Source: Octopus sinensis (taxonomy: Eukaryota). Taken from it: 25,248 bases of DNA. Of the stretch, positions 20,637-25,248 are shown one piece after another. The translations under genes were made by a program, and so were the position numbers. The number at the start of each line of letters is the position of its first letter. The first letter of the stretch is position 1. The notes under the pieces were generated by a model. That model searched no databases. It was not told where the DNA came from and saw only the letters and a list, made by a program, of their open reading frames with translations. The stretch is from assembly GCF_006345805.1 (NCBI RefSeq), contig NW_021836123.1:1-25248 (forward strand). The letters run 5' to 3'.

Positions 20637-20685
20637 GATATATATAGACATTTATAAAGGTATATATATATATTTTTTTTTTAAA

Positions 20686-21006
20686 GACTCCGCCGGTTAC
20701 GACGACGAGGGTCCCAGCTGATACGATCAACGGAACAGCCTGCTCGTGAAATTAACGTGCAAATGGCTGAGCATTCCACAGACACGTGTACCCTTAACGT
20801 AGTTCTCGGGGATAATCAGCGTGACACAGAGAGTGACAAGGCTGACCCTTTGAAATACAAGTACAACTCATTTTTGCCAGCTGAGTGGACTGGAGCAACG
20901 TGAAATAGAGTGTCTTGCTCAAGGACACAACGCGTCGCTGGGAATCGAACTCACAACCTTACGATCGTGAGCCGAATGCCCAAACCAATAAGCCACGCGC
21001 CTTCAC
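20686..21006 (-). mobile_element. Near full-length tRNA-headed SINE of a third family
   Basis: Reverse complement reads ggcgcgtggcttattggtttgggc (A box), gtgagttcgattccc (B box), then gtgtccttgagcaagacact and gctccagtccactcagctgg, which resemble V/CORE-type central domains (inference). Confidence 0.85.
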
Positions 21007-21096
21007 TTAAAGGTATATATAAAGATAGATAGATATATAGATAGATAAATAGATAGATAGATATATAGATATATAGATACATATATATATATATAT

Positions 21097-21334
21097 TTTT
21101 ACTTGTTTCAGTCATTCGACTGCGGCTATGCTGGAGCACCAGCTTTAGTCGAGCAAATCGACCCCGGGACTTATTCTTTGTAAGCCCAGTACTTATTCTA
21201 TCGGTCTCTTTTGCCGAACCGCTAAGTGACGGGGACGTAAACACACCAGCATCGGTTGTGAAACTATGTTGGGCGGACAAACCCAGACACAGAAACATAC
21301 ACACACACACACACACCATACATACATACATACA

Positions 21335-21370
<36 letters not shown>

Positions 21371-21530
21371 TATATATTCATATATACGACAGGCTTCCTT
21401 CTGTTTCCGTGACAAAGCTTTGGTCGGTCCGTAGGCTATGGTAGAAGACATTTGCCCATGGTGCCACGTAGTGGGATTGAACCCGGAACCATGTGGTTGG
21501 TAAGCGAGCTACTTCCCATACAGACACTCC
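21097..21530 (-). mobile_element. Full-length tRNA-headed SINE with internal (CA)/(CATA)/(TA) microsatellite
   Basis: Head at 21383-21530 (reverse complement ggttccgggttcaatcccactacgtggcacc), microsatellite at 21297-21385, and 3' body at 21097-21295. Confidence 0.88.
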
Positions 21531-21944
21531 TGTTTTTTAACCTGACAACAAGTTGAAGGTGAGCTCTGACTGGTTGTATGCAAATGAGTTCATTAATGGG
21601 ATCCGGAACACTCGAGGGAGAAAAAAGATTTCGTGGCTGGGTCAAATGAGACGATGCGACCAACATGGGTATGGGTGGACTGTGCTCACACACGCACAAA
21701 CACCCACCCGATCGCACACCCACACATATAGATACATGCAAAGACGCACACTCGTAGATATTTATGCTTTAAAAATGTTGACCTTAAAACCGTGACATTC
21801 TGAAGAAATAGTATGAGTGTGTGGGTCAGCCAATATGTGTGTGTGTGTGTGTGCTTTCATTTCTGTTTCGCTGAATTTGTGAAAGAGGGACGGAGAACTT
21901 GTTGACATCGATGACAATTTTCGTATATTGCTTCTTCTTTTTTT

Positions 21945-22048
21945 ACATTTTTCAGTCATTAAATTGCGGCCATGCTGCGTTACCGCCTTGCAGGATCTTT
22001 AGCCGAAACAACTGACCTCATTAAAGTACATTTTTTCAGCCTGGTAAG
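21945..22048 (-). mobile_element. SINE 3' fragment
   Basis: ttcagtcattaaattgcggccatgctgcgttaccgccttg matches 21105-21145. Confidence 0.7.
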
Positions 22049-22054
22049 TATCCG

Positions 22055-22089
<35 letters not shown>

Positions 22090-22096
<7 letters not shown>

Positions 22097-22520
22097 TCCT
22101 TAAATCGTAGTCTTCGTTTCTGCTGGGGGCTCTTTCCATAAAGAAGTTTAGCATATAGCATCTGTTTAGGGATCCTCTGATCATTAACCTAAAGAAAATG
22201 TCCAGTCCATCATTATACTCTGAGCTTTTATAATTTGACAATTTCAACCTCTCTTCTCTGGGCAACAAATTTTCCTTTTGATGCTTTTAAAATATGAAAA
22301 TTACTTTGACAGTCATTAACCAGAACAGGACGAAGATCTCAGTCAGTAAAGGAATTTGTCTGGGGTCATCAAAGTTTGAAGTTACTCTTTTTAGTTTTAT
22401 AAAGTCACTAAAAGTCTTACGTTTTCTCACTTTATAGAAAACTAACACTTTTATAAATGAGTTTATTGTTACGCATTAAATGTTAAACTAAATTTGCTCC
22501 AGCTGGTCTATATAAACAGT
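22090..22520 (-). mobile_element. Old RTE ORF2 C-terminal remnant
   Basis: Reverse complement gives WTGHFL*VNDQRIPKQMLYAKLLYGKSPQQKRRLRFKDC, equivalent to the RTE motif WxGHxxRMxDxRIPKQxLYGELxxGKRxxGxPxLRFKD. Confidence 0.7.
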
Positions 22521-22671
22521 AACCTATAGCTTTGAACAGCTTTATTATTTTGTTGTGTATTTACGTGGCATATAATGTGTGAATAGAATTTCTCCCCCAG
22601 TTATCCAAGCAAAAAATCAGAAACTTATGTTATCAATTTATTTAGAAGAATTTTGTACAAAGTTTGATACA

Positions 22672-22748
22672 AAATAATTTTGTTGTGTCTGGGGAGAGTC
22701 ATTCTCTTTTAGTGCCTTATTATTTAACACACTCACCGGTAAAATTTC
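22672..22748. mobile_element. Single arm of the 19.3-19.5 kb MITE family
   Basis: ttgttgtgtctggggagagtcattctc..gtgccttattat..acactcaccggtaaaatt. Confidence 0.75.
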
Positions 22749-23905
22749 GTTTTGCTTTAATAGTAATTATCAATTTCTGAATAAAGTTTCTTTTTATCTA
22801 ATTTAAATATCTTGATTATTTAATTTGAAAACAATCAGGTTTGTTCACTTCTATCACAAAAGTATCCAATAAAAAGTGGAGAATACTTATGAATCTTCCT
22901 TTCCAATCCCACAAAAGTCTGCTCGGTAGAGCTTCCTGTCACATCTTATAATGTACATAAAGGTCTCATGTGTGTTACTTATTTAATCTTGGTCTCTGCT
23001 GTAAGAACTTGAAATCTAATTTCAAATTAAAATAACAGTGGAGTAATATGAAGGTAAATATTGTAGGGAAGAATTGTACTCTTCCTTTATCTGAAGTTAC
23101 TTAAAAAGAGGGAGACACTGTGGCTTTTCCACAATCACATGCAATTAAAACAACAAATGTTGTGTCATTATTTTATTATCTCAGACTTTTTCAGCACAGC
23201 TATTGTTTAATTATAATTGTTTTGATTTATTTTCATAAGTATAATAGTGAAGTTTTATTTTTACTGACGGAAATTGCAGTCATTAGTAACTAACGAAGGT
23301 CATAAAGTAAGAATATAAAATTAAAATATTGTATATTGCACTCAAAACCCCCTGAATTTTTATTCAACCACCGCCACTTTGGAGAGGCCTGTCTTAAACC
23401 ACAACAGGACAAAGTGAGATATATCCTTAGATACATCATGTATTATATAGAAATACTATCTCTATAGGATATATAAAGGGAAAAGGCATCAATATATATA
23501 TATACCAGGCATTCTACTCTCAGCTAAAAATGAAGGTAGATAACTATCAATATAGCAGAAGATATTAAAGCTGTCTATATAACAATGGGGTTGTTTAGGG
23601 AGGGGATTAGATATACAACAACAGCAACAACAGTAAATGGACATTTCAAAGTTTGTCTTTATTTTAAATGTGAATTTTTAACAAAGGAGCCAAACCAGTG
23701 AAGGGATCACTATGTGGTTGATATACCTGCTAGAATTAGTAGCTAAATTCACACGATACCACTGTACAGAAGGGCATATTGGACAATGTGGTTGTGGGTT
23801 CTCTTTGGAAATAGGCATGATGGTCCTGGCTGGAATGCGTTTGATCATACGTCTCTGTTTGGTCAAGGTTAATCTGAGGCTAAACAACAACAGTTACACA
23901 GAAAT

Positions 23906-24105
23906 TCACTTTGCGTCTAATGACAGACATTCCATCGCAGCGACACATTCAGCTTCTTCAAGAGCTGCACGTAATGTTGCGTGTGTCCGTGTTTCTGGGT
24001 CGCAATTCCTGTACCATTCGAAAAGCATCAGGTAGCCTTGTTTTACAGCGTCAATAGACTCATCATCAATTTTCAGTTTAGTTGTATCAACTCCTAAAAA
24101 AATTG
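23906..24105 (-). CDS. Terminal coding exon of a death-domain protein (C-terminal half of the domain)
   Basis: A pyrimidine-rich acceptor tgtcttttgcag precedes 24105, followed by the open frame (x)IFLGVDTTKLKIDDESIDAVKQGYLMLFEWYRNCDPETRTHATLRAALEEAECVAAMECLSLDAK*. This fits the death-fold pattern LG..Q.Y.ML..W.....T...L..AL. AATAAA lies on the minus strand at 23658-23663. Confidence 0.7.
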
Positions 24106-24449
24106 CTGCAAAAGACACAACAATAAGAGATAAATGCAACAACATCAACAATATTAACAATAATATAAAAGATGTGTGCTGTTATAAACATGACAAAGAA
24201 ACTATTTCAAGAGAGAAATATAAAAAAATAGCTAAGAAACAGGAAAAATATAAGACATTGTTTTCTATTTCTAGGGATGATGAGAAAAATAACAAAGTGG
24301 TTAAATTAAAGGTGATTTTTTAAAAAAATTAGTTAAAGTTTACACTTGAGAATCTTTTAAGGTAAACCGATGGCAGATGTGTTTGTGAAGGCAAAAGTGC
24401 ATGAGAACCTAAAGAATCAACATAGGGTACCAACAGGCAAACCATTTGA

Positions 24450-24900
24450 TCCATTCATTTCCTCTGCTCAATATTTCTGGGAGAGTTGTGGGGATAGAGT
24501 CCCCTGGCATTTCTTCCATTGGGGCCTATCAGATGTAACCATCATTACATATTTTGGTTGGATTCCCAAGCATCAACAACTAAGTCTATGGATATCATCC
24601 AACTATTTACTGCTTGGTCTACCCCTGGGTCTCCTACTCCATTGGTTTGACTTTGAGAACCTGTCTTGTAATTCATTCCTGCGACATTCTGATCACATGT
24701 CCTAGGTACCAGAGATGTGAAGAAGTGGCTCAACCTGGAGAGACTCTCAGATCTCTGAACTATACATCCTATTGGGTAACATTACTCCAGAGACCCTTCA
24801 GAGAATCCCTATATCTGTCTTAATCTGGCAGATTTCAGATCTGATATTCAAAGGGTCATGAAAGTAATGTCTCTCTGTGAAATCAATCACCTTGCAAAGT
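24450..24900 (-). mobile_element. Degenerate RTE LINE ORF2 C-terminus, in the intron upstream of the death-domain exon
   Basis: Reverse complement gives GVMLPNRMYSSEI*ESLQVEPLLHI, LGHVIRMSQE, RRPRGRP and SDRPQWK. Confidence 0.75.
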
Positions 24901-25248
24901 TCCCAAAATGACACTGAAAATCAAATGAATAATGATAGACCAACAGTCGATTATTCTCAGTCAAATCCAATCCTTTTTGAATCTACTCCAGATTCAATCA
25001 ATTCTCCTGAACCCATTCAGTTATTCTTATGTCTCAGTGAGAGAGAGAGACCAGCCATGGTCTGGCTTCACTTGTGAATATTCATTTTCTGTCAAATTTC
25101 CTTAAATTCATTCTCTCTTTTTGGATGTGGGGAATATGATATGATTTGGCTGTGTCACCCCTATACTAAGTCTGTTTTTACTGAAGCATTTACAAACATA
25201 TGTCATGTGGTAAAGTCATTTCAATATGGCAATATAAAAGAGAGAATA

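Noticed and set aside
20930-21006. tRNA genes at the SINE heads (also 12203 and 21450-21530)
   Set aside because: A/B boxes are present but there is no closed cloverleaf, and each continues into a SINE body.
21553-21700. NGIRNTRGRKKISWLGQM as a LINE C-terminus, plus an ATGCAAAT octamer
   Set aside because: The resemblance to GxRxRGRPxxxW is too short and degenerate, and a single octamer is expected by chance.
22028-22048. Micro-exon ttttttcag|CCTG|gtaagt
   Set aside because: It lies in a SINE fragment where agcctggta is family sequence, and no other exon supports it.
23712-24035. Plus-strand 107-aa ORF
   Set aside because: It has no recognisable motif and overlaps the better supported minus-strand death-domain exon.

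Overview
This is eukaryotic, AT-rich, repeat-dominated DNA. The SINE/LINE families and the (AAT)n, (TATC)n and (ATGT)n microsatellites match my recollection of octopus (coleoid cephalopod) genomes; that taxon is inferred, not searched. Almost all recognisable coding sequence is decayed transposon. It includes a MULE transposase (1-767), a Penelope-like RT-thumb/GIY-YIG remnant (1520-2443), two REL-endonuclease (R4/Dong-like) retroelements embedded in AAT repeats (2681-4217, 4380-4680), an L1/Tx1-type CCHC ORF1 with no ORF2 (minus strand, about 9400-10670), several RTE 3' fragments, a Helitron helicase fragment and many SINEs. A 184-bp SINE-derived tandem array of about 10.5 units spans 17306-19254. 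The only credible host-gene piece is a minus-strand terminal exon encoding the C-terminal half of a death domain (23906-24105). A CpG-richer unique zone at about 13.0-14.6 kb may be regulatory. There is no CRISPR array, operon or intact transposase/RT gene. Most ORFs in the supplied track are microsatellite artefacts. Repeat boundaries are approximate.
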